Part shown: positions 39,018-49,169 of the stretch, piece after piece
How positions within the stretch are numbered: the first letter of the stretch is position 1
Layout of the letters: each line of letters starts with the position of its first letter
Origin: an uncultured Verrucomicrobiota bacterium
GTDB lineage: Bacteria > Verrucomicrobiota > Kiritimatiellia > RFP12 > UBA3636
Assembly (NCBI GenBank): GCA_946624575.1
Contig: CAMOSH010000003.1
Coordinates: forward strand, 1 to 55,569
Length of the DNA stretch: 55,569 nt
Reading direction: 5' to 3'
Position numbers and translations under genes: made by a program
The notes under the pieces: generated by a model
Databases searched by the model: none
What the model was told of the DNA's origin: nothing
The model's input: only the letters and a program-made list of their open reading frames with translations

Positions 39018-40195
39018 TCCGCCTGGTTCTCCGTGCCCGGATGGACGTAAAACGCGAAGCCGCCGCCATCACCGGAAACGCTGACCGGCGCTTCCGCAAG
39101 CTTCGTGCGAAGCCCCGCGGCGGCCGCGGCGTCGGCGAATGCACGCGCGGCTTCCGGGGTGGGGGATTCTCCCGACGCCGAAAGCGCGTTTCCGCGCAGT
39201 TCCAGATGCGAAAATCGCACGCCTGTGGAACGCGCGGCCGAGAGGGCAGGGCGGAGCCAGGCGATTGCGTCGGGGGCCGGCACTGCGGGATCGCGTCGCA
39301 TCCGGGCAGCTTCGCTCGCTTCGGCCAGCGCGGATGCGCCGCGCGTCGCGAGGCGGCGTCCGGCCAGCGTCTCAAGAGCCTCGTCGCGTTGTCTCCTGAC
39401 GTCCGCGAGCTCCCTTTCCGCCGCGCGTGCCGATTGATCGGAAGCAACGGCCCATAGAGCCGCCGCCGCGAAAAAGACGATCGATGCCGCGCGCAACGGG
39501 CGCAACGCCGAGGCGGCCACTCCCGAATCGGCGAATTCGCCGACTCGAAAATCAAGATCGCCGATTCCAGGACCGCCGAGCGCTCTGTCGAGCGCCGTTT
39601 CCGGTGCATCCGGGACCGCCATCGAGACCAAGTTTTCCCCCTGAAGCGCAACCCGGAGTTCGTCGGCCCCGGATCCCGTAAGCATTAGCGCCGGCGGCTG
39701 GTCGGACACACCGATTCCAGCAAGCGCGACTGACAGATTCAGCGCTGCTGCATCCGCGCCGCCGCGAAACGGCACCACGGAACGCAGTTCGTCGCCAACG
39801 CCTGCGGCCACGAGCGATTCGCCGCGTCCTTTGTCGAAATGCACGACTGCGCGCACAGAGTTCGCAGGAAGAGGCTGCATCGCGCACGCCCAGCGCCAAA
39901 GCGCGGGACCGGGAGCGACAACGCGTTCGGGTTCGGAAGCGCCGGAGCCGGAGCGGGGCGCGGCCAGAAACGCGGAGAGATCGCCTTTGCGCACCACGTT
40001 TGCCGGGACGAAGCCGTCTGCGGACCGTCCGCCGTAAAGCGCCACGCAGTCGCCGACAGGGAAGGGGAGGCGAGTCGACAGCAGGGAGGGAAGCACTGCC
40101 CGGAGCTTTCTCCGCGAGAGCGGCGGGGCCTGGATCCTAACGAACAGAACCGCCGACGCGGGCATCGCAACTGCTGTGGCGGATCGTCTCTTCAT
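39014..40195 (-). CDS. GspL/PilM-PilN-like secretion or pilus assembly platform protein
   Basis: LRAVLPSLLSTRLPFP, TM plus coiled coil, C-terminal LELRGNALSASGES..EAARAFAD (PilN-like); ATGA overlap with the upstream gene. Confidence 0.55.
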   Translation of the reverse strand: MKRRSATAVAMPASAVLFVRIQAPPLSRRKLRAVLPSLLSTRLPFPVGDCVALYGGRSADGFVPANVVRKGDLSAFLAAPRSGSGASEPERVVAPGPALWRWACAMQPLPANSVRAVVHFDKGRGESLVAAGVGDELRSVVPFRGGADAAALNLSVALAGIGVSDQPPALMLTGSGADELRVALQGENLVSMAVPDAPETALDRALGGPGIGDLDFRVGEFADSGVAASALRPLRAASIVFFAAAALWAVASDQSARAAERELADVRRQRDEALETLAGRRLATRGASALAEASEAARMRRDPAVPAPDAIAWLRPALSAARSTGVRFSHLELRGNALSASGESPTPEAARAFADAAAAAGLRTKLAEAPVSVSGDGGGFAFYVHPGTENQAE

Positions 40196-40854
40196 CTCGT
40201 TTGGGTCGATGTCGCAACCTGCGCGTTCGCAGACTTGGACGACGGTTCCGCCGCGCCCGCGGCAGATGCCGCCGCCGCAGTTGCGGCAGCCTGCGCCCGA
40301 GCGATGGATTCCTCGTACGCGTGGTGTACGTGGTGATGGTGCTCTCCCGATGAACTCGACGATGAGTGGTGGTGGTGCCGGCGACGCCTGCTGCCGGATG
40401 ACGAACTGTCGCCGCCGGCGGCTTTCTCCTCCGCGTCGCGCAGTTTCGCTTCCTTCCAGGACTGCCAGGAGTTGAGTCCTGTGGAAAGAAACAGCCATCC
40501 TCCGCCAATTGTCATGAGACACCAGGCCAGCGACAGCATTTTCTCCGGTCGCAGCGACGGATCGTTGTTGCGGAACGCCACGCCAAATATCCCGAGTCCA
40601 ATCACCAGCAGAATCAGCGGAAGGATGAACGCAAGCGCGCGCACGTCCTCGCGATGGCGGATTTCCTCAAGTTTTTCCATCCTGAACCGCCGATGCCGGT
40701 GGTGGTGGCTCCGGATGCGCCGGACGCCACCGGGGATGGACGTCGGCGCCTGCCGCGGCGCTTCTTCCTTGGCCTCGTCCGCTATCGTTACGGCGGAACT
40801 GACGGCTTCTGCCTCCTCGGGAGGCAAGTCTTCGATGGCGGTAAGTTTTTTCAT
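40192..40854 (-). CDS. Hypothetical 2-TM protein with His/Arg/Ser-rich tracts
   Basis: HHHRHRR and RRRRHHHHSSSSSSGEHHHHVHH flanking two TMs; upstream TTGACA-17-GAGAAT. Confidence 0.7.
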   Translation of the reverse strand: MKKLTAIEDLPPEEAEAVSSAVTIADEAKEEAPRQAPTSIPGGVRRIRSHHHRHRRFRMEKLEEIRHREDVRALAFILPLILLVIGLGIFGVAFRNNDPSLRPEKMLSLAWCLMTIGGGWLFLSTGLNSWQSWKEAKLRDAEEKAAGGDSSSSGSRRRRHHHHSSSSSSGEHHHHVHHAYEESIARAQAAATAAAASAAGAAEPSSKSANAQVATSTQTR

Positions 40855-41064
40855 GGATGTGTCCGCAGATTCTCCCCGAAATATGCCCTACTGTCAATCA
40901 TTTTGCACTTGATTAATGGTCAACCAGGGATATTGGAGGAGAATCCTCCTACTTGCGATTCATTTCGCGAAACAGAATCTATATTATGCGACATAGAGGT
41001 TTTGTCTTGCTTTTTGGAACCTTTTGTGACAAAATTTCCCCACGCCTTTATTAACCGAAGAAAC

Positions 41065-42852
41065 ATGCCTGCCGTCCGCCGCCAGCCTGCATCCTACCGT
41101 CAGTTCGATCCTCTTCACCAGGTTTCGCTTTCTCTGCATTACCTGACGAACATGGTCGATCCGAATCTCGGTTGTCTGCCTTATGGTTGCGTTCAGCCAT
41201 GGTCGGCCACGCCATGCGCCGACCACCTTCGCGCCGACGATGCCGTGAATGCCGCCTTGTGGCTCGAAGGCATTTCATGCGCACGTGAAATCCTCGAAAC
41301 CGACCAGGGGGCGGACGTGGAGGACGCGCTCCGCACTTTGCTTCTCGCCCCGGACCGCTGGGACGAAGCAACCGGGCTGCGTTTCCCCGCTCCCAGGCCG
41401 TGGTCAGGTCCCGAAGGCGAATGGATCGCGCTTTGCGAATGCGGCCCGGTCCTTTCCGCGCTCGCCCGAATCATCGAGAAAAATCCCGACGATTCGCTTG
41501 CCAAGGCCCGCGCCGCCGGCATGGTCGCCGGTCTCCGCAGTCTCACAATCCGCCACGAGGCCCTCTATGCCCCGGGCGGCATACTCACGGTCGAGCCGCC
41601 GACATATTCTTTCCCGGCGGACATCGTTGTCCGCGGCCGCGGTCTGGTGCCGGAGTTGGCCTCGGGTTACGCCGACGCCAATCTGCGCATCTGGTCGCTG
41701 ATCGACCCGATCATGCGCTACCAGCAGCTGACCGGCGACGAGGTTGCGCTCGATCTTGCGACCGGTCTTGGCAATTTCGCGACTACCGTTTCGCATCCAT
41801 TCGGCTGCAAGTCGGAATTTTTCGGCGACGTCCACGCCGCGCTCACGACCGCGATCGGTCTCGCTCGTCTTGGGCGCGTCCTGTCGCGCGACATCTACGT
41901 CGCGCGCGCCAAGGCCCTGTACGATTTCGTCCGCCGCCAGTCCTCGTCGTTTGGCTGGGTGCCAGATTTCATGCGCTGGCAGCTTCCAGGCGACGTGCGC
42001 GGCGACGCTTCCTGCACCGCCGCCCTTCTCGTCTGCGCTCTCGAACTCATTTCGTGCAATTTTCCCGAATACTGGGATGACGCCAACAAGCTGTGGCGCA
42101 ACCAGCTCGCGCAATTGCAGATCGAAGACGTTTCCTTCGTGCCAGACCCTCCGTCCGGCGCGAAGCTTGAGTCCTCCGGGCGCCGCACCTACGATCGCAT
42201 ACGCGAGCGCCTTCCCGGCGCGTGCTGCGGCGCTTCGTCCCCGGCGTTCGTGTTCCTCGGCACGCAGCGCCTTGTTTCGGCGCGCGCATCAGCGGAGGTT
42301 CCGCGCGCGCATCTCAGCGCATGGCGAGTCTCGATCGAAGACACTCGCGATCTGGTCACCGTCAATTTCCCGATTGATCGCGACGCCAAGTCCGTCAAGG
42401 TCCGCGTGGGATATCCGAATTCCCCGATAATGCGCGTCAAGATGCTCCGGACCTGCCGGCTCAACCTGCGCGTGTTCCCGTGGATGAACCTTCCTTTCGA
42501 GGGCACTCAGGACGGGCGTCCGATCGGGATTGAGCGCCGCGAGGACCACATGCTCTATCCCAAGCTCAAGAAGGGCGTGACCGTCGAGTTCCACCACGAC
42601 ATGGCCCAAAAGCACGTGCTGGAAAACGTCAATTCCCTGGATTTCTACGGGATCTGGCGCGGTCCGGACATGGTGGATCTCCTCCCCCACTCCACCGGTC
42701 CCGGATACCGGCTCTACCAGACGAACGCGGAAGCTCCGCGCGAGCCGGTGCCGCTTCCGACCACGCCGCCGGAGGATCCTGTCGAGCCTCTTGGCGAGCC
42801 GGCCGTCTCCCGCGAGACCCGCCTGAATCGCCGCAAGGCCCCCAGGTCCTGA
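41065..42852 (+). CDS. Hypothetical protein, GH127-like alpha/alpha-barrel
   Basis: Long ORF with host-like codon usage; H..L...G, FGWVP, SCT, .RNQL...Q and CCG motifs reminiscent of GH127-related proteins. Confidence 0.55.
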   Translation: MPAVRRQPASYRQFDPLHQVSLSLHYLTNMVDPNLGCLPYGCVQPWSATPCADHLRADDAVNAALWLEGISCAREILETDQGADVEDALRTLLLAPDRWDEATGLRFPAPRPWSGPEGEWIALCECGPVLSALARIIEKNPDDSLAKARAAGMVAGLRSLTIRHEALYAPGGILTVEPPTYSFPADIVVRGRGLVPELASGYADANLRIWSLIDPIMRYQQLTGDEVALDLATGLGNFATTVSHPFGCKSEFFGDVHAALTTAIGLARLGRVLSRDIYVARAKALYDFVRRQSSSFGWVPDFMRWQLPGDVRGDASCTAALLVCALELISCNFPEYWDDANKLWRNQLAQLQIEDVSFVPDPPSGAKLESSGRRTYDRIRERLPGACCGASSPAFVFLGTQRLVSARASAEVPRAHLSAWRVSIEDTRDLVTVNFPIDRDAKSVKVRVGYPNSPIMRVKMLRTCRLNLRVFPWMNLPFEGTQDGRPIGIERREDHMLYPKLKKGVTVEFHHDMAQKHVLENVNSLDFYGIWRGPDMVDLLPHSTGPGYRLYQTNAEAPREPVPLPTTPPEDPVEPLGEPAVSRETRLNRRKAPRS

Positions 42853-42938
42853 TTCACGCCCTTCGTCCGTTAATTTCGGCGCGGCGGATCGAAGACCGGA
42901 CTTCACGTGAATCCCGTCTGCAGAAAGCGAGGCGAATC

Positions 42939-44228
42939 ATGCACAGATTTTTTTCACGATTCGAAGGTTTCTGCTTCGTTCCCGCCTTGCTCTCCGTTTT
43001 GACGTGTTTGCCAAGCCTTGGCACCGATTCGGCGACTGTTCCTGATTCCATCGTCGCCGAATCGCAGTCTTCGGATTGTGAAAAAATCGCCCTTTGTGCG
43101 GCTTGCGGACGGGAATTGCCGCCCGCCGCGCGCTTTTGTCCTCATTGCGGCGAATCTGTAGCGCAGAAGTCGCACACTGCCGCGACTCCCGAAAGCACGA
43201 ACCAGGCGGCTCCGGGTGCAATCCCCTCCCCCGCCCCGGAGTCCACCGTCGCGACTGAAGCGGCCACGTCGGCGCCGTTCGACGATTGCGCGGCAATTTT
43301 TGCCGAATACAAGGATTCCAATCCGGCTGTCGCCCTGTTCGCGCTGCGCGAAGCGCAGAGCGTTCTTCGCGGCCAGGGCCAGTCCTCTGACGGCGAACGC
43401 CGGCTTCGGTCTCTCGCGGAAACCGAAAAGCGTTTATTTGACGCTCTCGATCATGTGAACGCCGCCTGCAAGTCTTGTTCCGGAACCGGAATCCTCAAAG
43501 ATTCAGCCACCCGGAAAAACACCGGCGATGGCGGTCGGAAGTCGGGCGGCGGCTTCGTCTCCCTTGAAGACGTAGCGGTGGGGCCCCGCGAAAAGGCTTC
43601 GGCCTCTTCTGGAGGTGTCAAATGCCCGGTGTGCGGCGGATCGGGCGCGGCCAGCCGCGTCCGCGACCGCAAGAGCCTCAAATCGCTTCTCGCGCTGGGG
43701 AAACGCGACTTTGACGCCGCGGCGGATTCTCGTCCGGCGCTCTCCGCTTGGCGCAGGAGCCAGGCGGAGGCCGCCGGAAACGCAATCGCCACGTCCCCGG
43801 CGGATTCGCAGCGCGATGCGCAGTCTTCCCGGCGGCATTCGCATTCCACGGCGGATGCCGAAACTCGCGAGTGCCAGACCTGCGCCGGCACCGGTTCGCT
43901 GCCTTGTCGAGCCTGTTCCGGTTTCGGCAAGATTCTGTGTCCCGACAAGGCGTTTCACCAATCAGCCGCCGCTTCGGGTGGCGCCGCCGCAACGCTGGCT
44001 CGTCCTTCTGCCGCGAAGTCCGGATCGTTCACATCCATCGAGCAGACGCAGCTTCGCCCGCATGGCCAGGATTCAGCTGTGGCTTCCGATTCGAGATGCC
44101 CTCTTTGCGGTGGTCGCGCCGGGTCTCCAGCCGGAGCGGCGCGGTGTCCCGCCTGCGGTGGTTCCGGGTACGAGGCCTGCGGGAGCTGCGGCGGCTCCGG
44201 GGAAAAGAAAGGCCGCCGGAATGGCTGA
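42939..44228 (+). CDS. Zinc-ribbon and DnaJ-type CxxCxGxG zinc-finger protein
   Basis: Hydrophobic N-terminus; CAACG..FCPHCG; about seven CxxCxGxG-like motifs. Confidence 0.8.
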   Translation: MHRFFSRFEGFCFVPALLSVLTCLPSLGTDSATVPDSIVAESQSSDCEKIALCAACGRELPPAARFCPHCGESVAQKSHTAATPESTNQAAPGAIPSPAPESTVATEAATSAPFDDCAAIFAEYKDSNPAVALFALREAQSVLRGQGQSSDGERRLRSLAETEKRLFDALDHVNAACKSCSGTGILKDSATRKNTGDGGRKSGGGFVSLEDVAVGPREKASASSGGVKCPVCGGSGAASRVRDRKSLKSLLALGKRDFDAAADSRPALSAWRRSQAEAAGNAIATSPADSQRDAQSSRRHSHSTADAETRECQTCAGTGSLPCRACSGFGKILCPDKAFHQSAAASGGAAATLARPSAAKSGSFTSIEQTQLRPHGQDSAVASDSRCPLCGGRAGSPAGAARCPACGGSGYEACGSCGGSGEKKGRRNG

Positions 44229-45612
44229 CTCGTCTGGCTTTCCTCCGGTTTTTCCAGGCTGGGAATGCCTGGAGCGTATCGGCTCCGGGGGAATGTCGTC
44301 TGTATGGCGTGCTCGCCAGATCGCCGTCGATCGAATCGCCGCGCTCAAGATACTCGATTCGTCCCAGGCGCGCACAGATGCGGAAATCGACCGTTTCCTG
44401 TCCGAGGCGCGGTCTGTCGCGACGTTGTCGCATCCCGGCATCGTCCAGGTGATCGACGCCTTCAACGCCTCGGGCCGTTTCTGCATCGCGATGGAGCTCG
44501 CCGAGGGGCGTCCACTTTCCACCATCATCCGCGAAGACGGTCCCGTTCCCGAAGACACAGCGCTGGCCATCGCGTCCGCGGTAGCCGACGCGCTTGACTA
44601 CGCGTGGTCCCGCGAAAGGCTCGTTCACTGCGACATCAAGCCCGAAAACCTCATTGTCGCCCCGGACGCTTCCGTCAAGGTGACTGATTTCGGCATCAGT
44701 CTCTCCACGCGCATGATTGGCAGCCGCGGCGGCGACGATTCCCGCGAATCCGAGATCTGCGGGACCCCGGCCTACATGTCCCCGGAACAGGCCGGAGGCG
44801 CCGCAAATCTCGACCCGCGCACCGACATGTACGCGCTTGGCGCCACGCTTTTTCACGCAATGAGCGGGGCCTGCCTTTTTAACGGAGTTCCGGCGAACGA
44901 CGTTCCGCAACTCCAGATTTCCGCGGAGACTCCATGGCCGCGTGATGTGAAAATCTCCTCCGCGACTCGACGCCTCCTTGTGCGCCTGTTGGCGAAGAAT
45001 CCGGATGACCGCTTCGCCGATTGGAAAGCGGCGAAGCGCGCGATCGATCTGGCGCGCGCCGGCCGCAAGGTTCCCGGCCCCCTGCCGAATCCGGAAGTTG
45101 CGTCTTCCACGTTGGCGCCATCGGGTCTGCGGCTGCTTCGGCGCCGCGTGGTGGAGGCCCTTGCCCCGCATCTGGCGACCGCGCGCGCACGCCGATTCTG
45201 CCGTCTTTTGATTTCGGCGGCAGTCGCGGCCGTCGTCGTTTCCTGCGCCATCGCGGCCCACGGCGCAATCTGCGCCGCGCGCTGGGACCGAGCTGCTGTC
45301 GCGCTCGCAAGCGCGCCCGATGCCGCCGATCGCATTCGCATCGAGGAATTTCTCGCATCGCCGCGCGCCGCCGCGCGCCCCGATCTTCAGGCTCGCCTGA
45401 CCGCCGCAGCACAGGCGCTTGACTCCGCCCGCGAAGCCCAGCTTGATGGCGTAGTCTCTTTTGTCGGTGCCGGCGCTTCGCCGCTTGCATCGTTCGGCGC
45501 CTCGGCCGCGGCGGCCGCCGCCGTGCGAGAGTATTCGGGGCCGTTCGCCGCCGCCACGCGCGGGCGCCGCGAACGCCTTGCCATTTCCTTCGAGCGAAAC
45601 TCCAGTCGTTGA
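44221..45612 (+). CDS. Serine/threonine protein kinase with TM segment
   Basis: IGSGGMSSVW, ALKIL, HCDIKPEN, DFG, GTPAYMSPEQ, DMYALG; TM after the kinase domain. Confidence 0.93.
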   Translation: MADSSGFPPVFPGWECLERIGSGGMSSVWRARQIAVDRIAALKILDSSQARTDAEIDRFLSEARSVATLSHPGIVQVIDAFNASGRFCIAMELAEGRPLSTIIREDGPVPEDTALAIASAVADALDYAWSRERLVHCDIKPENLIVAPDASVKVTDFGISLSTRMIGSRGGDDSRESEICGTPAYMSPEQAGGAANLDPRTDMYALGATLFHAMSGACLFNGVPANDVPQLQISAETPWPRDVKISSATRRLLVRLLAKNPDDRFADWKAAKRAIDLARAGRKVPGPLPNPEVASSTLAPSGLRLLRRRVVEALAPHLATARARRFCRLLISAAVAAVVVSCAIAAHGAICAARWDRAAVALASAPDAADRIRIEEFLASPRAAARPDLQARLTAAAQALDSAREAQLDGVVSFVGAGASPLASFGASAAAAAAVREYSGPFAAATRGRRERLAISFERNSSR

Positions 45613-45639
45613 CAAATTTCCACCTCCGATTCTCATGCC

Positions 45640-46743
45640 ATGAGCGACCAGCAATCCATCACCGATCCAGTGTTCGCCGCCGCGGGCGCCGTTCCGGGCG
45701 CCGAATCAGGATATCTTCCAGACGCGACCCAATACCCCGTCGGCCGCCTTCTCGCGGGTGACGCCGAGGAGGTCGAACGCGCCCGTCGCCGCTTCTTCGC
45801 GCAGCCGCTGGACATGTTCGTCCCGAACAACGGTCCATATCCGTTTCCAATGCACCGCACTACGCTGCGCGGAACTACGTCCGTCTCCGGCCCCGGCACT
45901 TTCCGCGGTTCGGAGCGCTCGACTCTGACTTTCGGCCCCGCACCCGATCCGGGCTGGTGGATCGACCGCGCCGACATGGCCGACCAGTTCCCCATCGCCG
46001 TGGACGTCCGCAATGTCTGGACGACTGCGCGGAACATCGTCCTTCGCGCCGGCTCCCCTCACAACTACCTTCGCATGGTCGAGCACATCGTCGCTTTTCG
46101 CGCCGGTCTCGCCCTCGACGACGTGCAGGTCTCCGTGGCTTCCGGAGATCCTCCCCTGTTCGACCGCGGCAATCTGGACATTTACGAAGCAATCGAAAAG
46201 GTCGGCGTCGCGGAAACGGACACTCCGGCCACGTTCATGACAGTCCGGGAGCCCGTGACGTTTGGCGGGGCGCGCGGAGACTTCCTGACGTTCCTTCCGG
46301 CCGCACCCGGGCAGCTCGGGCTGCGCGTTGACTGCGCAATCGACTGGAAAAGCGTCATCGGCAGCCAGCGCGTCGTATTTGATGTGACGCCCGCGTCGTT
46401 CCGCATCGGCGCCGAGGCCCGCACGAACGCCCCCCTGAAGGAATATTTCTACGCCCGGACCGTAGGCAAGCTTTTCGCCGAAACCCGCAATCTCGGCTAC
46501 ACGAAGAGCAACATATTGATCCACGGGCGCCGGCGGTATCTCAACGAACCGCGTCTCCTCTGGCGCGGTCGCTCGCTGGAGCCGGTCTGGCACCGTGCCA
46601 CACTCGACCTGCTAGCCGCCGTCTCGCTCATGGGCCCGCATCGCTTCGCCGGAACGATCGTCTCGTTCCGCGCCGGGCACACGCAGGATGTCAAAATGTG
46701 CTCCCGCCTCGTTTTGCACCGCCATCTCGTCCCGCACTCGTGA
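45640..46743 (+). CDS. lpxC: Divergent LpxC-like UDP-3-O-acyl-GlcNAc deacetylase
   Basis: RTTL, MVEHI, PPLFDRG, IG.Q, ARTN, WHRATLDLL, RAGH follow the LpxC motif order. Confidence 0.7.
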   Translation: MSDQQSITDPVFAAAGAVPGAESGYLPDATQYPVGRLLAGDAEEVERARRRFFAQPLDMFVPNNGPYPFPMHRTTLRGTTSVSGPGTFRGSERSTLTFGPAPDPGWWIDRADMADQFPIAVDVRNVWTTARNIVLRAGSPHNYLRMVEHIVAFRAGLALDDVQVSVASGDPPLFDRGNLDIYEAIEKVGVAETDTPATFMTVREPVTFGGARGDFLTFLPAAPGQLGLRVDCAIDWKSVIGSQRVVFDVTPASFRIGAEARTNAPLKEYFYARTVGKLFAETRNLGYTKSNILIHGRRRYLNEPRLLWRGRSLEPVWHRATLDLLAAVSLMGPHRFAGTIVSFRAGHTQDVKMCSRLVLHRHLVPHS

Positions 46744-48242
46744 ACCCGAAGCGCCTCACAGTAAAGTTCGCCGTCGCCGCCACCGCGCTGCTTTCCGGAT
46801 GCGCTTCCCCGACGACAGGACGCGTCCGCGACGCGCATTTGCTCTGGTCTGGCGACCCCGCAACGCGCAAAATCGCCTCCGTTCGTCAGGCCGGTCCGTT
46901 CTACGAGCGCGTCGAGACCGCCGACGGGGCGTCCCGCTCGTCGATTCGTCCGTTCATCCGGACGAAAATAGAGGCCCCGTCCCAGGATGCGACGCACCTT
47001 GAGGTGCTGTGGCCTCTGTATGCCCGAGAAACGCGCGGTCGCGAATCGGCCTGGCGCTTTCTCGTTTTTTTCGGGATGGACAAGGATTTCGGCGACGGCG
47101 ATGCGCCGCTCGATGACGACGATGCCGTTGCCGACACCGCCGCAGGACGCTCGCCGCAGGACCGAACTTGGTTTTTCCCGTTCTGGTTCTCAGGCACTAC
47201 GCGCGACGGTGAAGACTATGCCGCGCTTTTCCCCATCGCCGGCACGATTCGCGAAATGTACTGGCAGCGCATCCGTTTCGGAATGTTTCCGGTATGGTGC
47301 GACTGGGACAGGGCCGGGCACCACACCTGGAGCGTTCTGTGGCCGTTCGTGCAGCGCCAGACCGGCGACGGACGCGACGCCTGGAGGATCATTCCCTTCT
47401 GGGGGCGCACTCGGGTCGAAGGCAAATTGGAGTCGCATTTCATACTCTGGCCGATCTGGACGAGCGCCCGCCACTTCGGTGTCAATCCCGGCGAGGACTG
47501 GATGCTCTGGCCCCTGGCGGGCGGCGTCGATCGCGCGAACGAGTCCGCGACTCTCGTTTTGCCGCCTTTCTTCCATTTTGCGCACGGTCGGGGCAAACTC
47601 CCGGATTACCGCAAGATCAACGCGCCATGGCCGCTTGTGATGCTGCGCGACGACAAGTATCGCCATTCGCGTTGGTTCTTCCCTTTCTGGTTGCACCGTT
47701 GGACGACCGACGGCAAGGCCGACAACCTTTCCGTGCTGTGGCCGTTCTGGCATGCGCGTCGGCTTGACTCTCCCGCCGCAACTATCCGGGAATGGTCCCT
47801 GTTCCCGATCCTTCATTCGTCGCGCTCCACCCGGCCCTCGACCGATAGCGGCGACGCCTCGCTTGAGGAATCGTATTTCCGCGCATGGCCACTTTGGTCG
47901 GTTCGCGAGGACCCCGAAAATCGCTTTGTTCGGATTCCCGACTTCTCTTTCCGCCGACGCGCCGGGCAGCTCGAACGCAATTTTCTGGGAATGTTCACGC
48001 TCTACACGGCCGGGCAGTCCAGGGACTCGGAGTCTGGCAATGTCCGCATCGACCGCGAGGCCCTATGGGGCCTTTGGCGGCGCGGCCGTGACGACGCCGG
48101 CACTTACAGGCTCGACAGAATCTGGCCCCTATGGGAACGTCGGGAGGAGAATGGCGCCCGCCGCTGGTCGGTGCTCGGAGGCCTTTTCGGTCGCGAGTCT
48201 GTCGATGCCGATTCTCCATCGCGCTGGCGCTTTTTCTTCTGA
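46740..48242 (+). CDS. Putative lipoprotein with recurring Trp-Pro/Phe-Pro aromatic motifs
   Basis: GTG start overlapping the LpxC stop; LLSGC lipobox; repeated (L/F)(W/F)P(F/L)(W/Y). Confidence 0.75.
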   Translation: MNPKRLTVKFAVAATALLSGCASPTTGRVRDAHLLWSGDPATRKIASVRQAGPFYERVETADGASRSSIRPFIRTKIEAPSQDATHLEVLWPLYARETRGRESAWRFLVFFGMDKDFGDGDAPLDDDDAVADTAAGRSPQDRTWFFPFWFSGTTRDGEDYAALFPIAGTIREMYWQRIRFGMFPVWCDWDRAGHHTWSVLWPFVQRQTGDGRDAWRIIPFWGRTRVEGKLESHFILWPIWTSARHFGVNPGEDWMLWPLAGGVDRANESATLVLPPFFHFAHGRGKLPDYRKINAPWPLVMLRDDKYRHSRWFFPFWLHRWTTDGKADNLSVLWPFWHARRLDSPAATIREWSLFPILHSSRSTRPSTDSGDASLEESYFRAWPLWSVREDPENRFVRIPDFSFRRRAGQLERNFLGMFTLYTAGQSRDSESGNVRIDREALWGLWRRGRDDAGTYRLDRIWPLWERREENGARRWSVLGGLFGRESVDADSPSRWRFFF

Positions 48243-48383
48243 TTCCCACCGCCGCGCAACGGCACCCGCGCCGTCGCGCGGCGAATCGTTCCCGTCCGTC
48301 TAGCTGCGAACACGAAAGCGACGGCCGCGACATCCACAAAAGGATGCGCGGCCGTCGTTGGGAAACGTTTTCGTACCGGAACC

Positions 48384-49169
48384 TTACTTGTCCTCGGCTT
48401 CGATCTTTTCCATGATCTCGTCCGAGATGTCCGCGTTGTGGTAGACATTCTGGACATCGTCGTTCTCGTCAAGCGCATCGACAAACTTGAGAATCGCCTT
48501 CGCCTGCGAAAGGTCGTTCACCGCCACCGTCGTGCCTTCCATGGGAAGATAGACGATTTCGGACGAAACGGTCGGGATGCCCTTTTCCTCAAGCGCGGTC
48601 TCGACGGCCTGGTAATCCGCCGGAGCGGTCGTGATTTCAAATCCTTCGTCGGTCGTCTTGATGTCGTCGGCACCGGCTTCGAGCGCGACTTCCATGAGGA
48701 AATCCTCCGTGACTGGAGTCTCCCCTGCCATCGCGTCCTTCGCGATGAGGATCTGCCCCTTGCGCTCGAAGTTGCGCGACACGGCGCCGCGCGTCGCGAA
48801 GTCGGATCCATTGCGCTTGAACACGTGGCCGACGTCGGCGGCGGCGCGGTTCTTGTTGTCGGTCAGCACGTTGACGATGATGCCAACTCCGCCCGCTGCG
48901 TAGCCTTCGTACGTGATTTCCTCGAACGCGGCGGCACCGGCCAGTTCGCCGGTTCCCTTCTTGATCGCGTTTTCGATGTTGTCCTTGGGCATGTTGGCCT
49001 TGCGGCCCTTTTCGACGAGCGTCCGCAACGCCGGGTTCGTGTTCGGGTCTCCGTTCACCTTGGCGGCGAGCATGATTTCCTTTGCAATGCGGCTGAAAAT
49101 CTTGCCGCGCGCAGCGTCGGTCTTGGCCTTAGCGTGCTTGGTCGTCGCCCAGTGGCTGTGTCCGCTCAT
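48384..49169 (-). CDS. yebC: YebC/PmpR family protein
   Basis: MSGHSHWATTKHAK, DPNTNPALR, YEGY, TDNKNR, LDENDDVQNVYHN. Confidence 0.95.
   Translation of the reverse strand: MSGHSHWATTKHAKAKTDAARGKIFSRIAKEIMLAAKVNGDPNTNPALRTLVEKGRKANMPKDNIENAIKKGTGELAGAAAFEEITYEGYAAGGVGIIVNVLTDNKNRAAADVGHVFKRNGSDFATRGAVSRNFERKGQILIAKDAMAGETPVTEDFLMEVALEAGADDIKTTDEGFEITTAPADYQAVETALEEKGIPTVSSEIVYLPMEGTTVAVNDLSQAKAILKFVDALDENDDVQNVYHNADISDEIMEKIEAEDK

Noticed and set aside
43615-44220. Long upstream extension of the kinase ORF
   Set aside because: Off-frame overlap with the zinc-finger gene; the kinase motifs start right after ATG 44221
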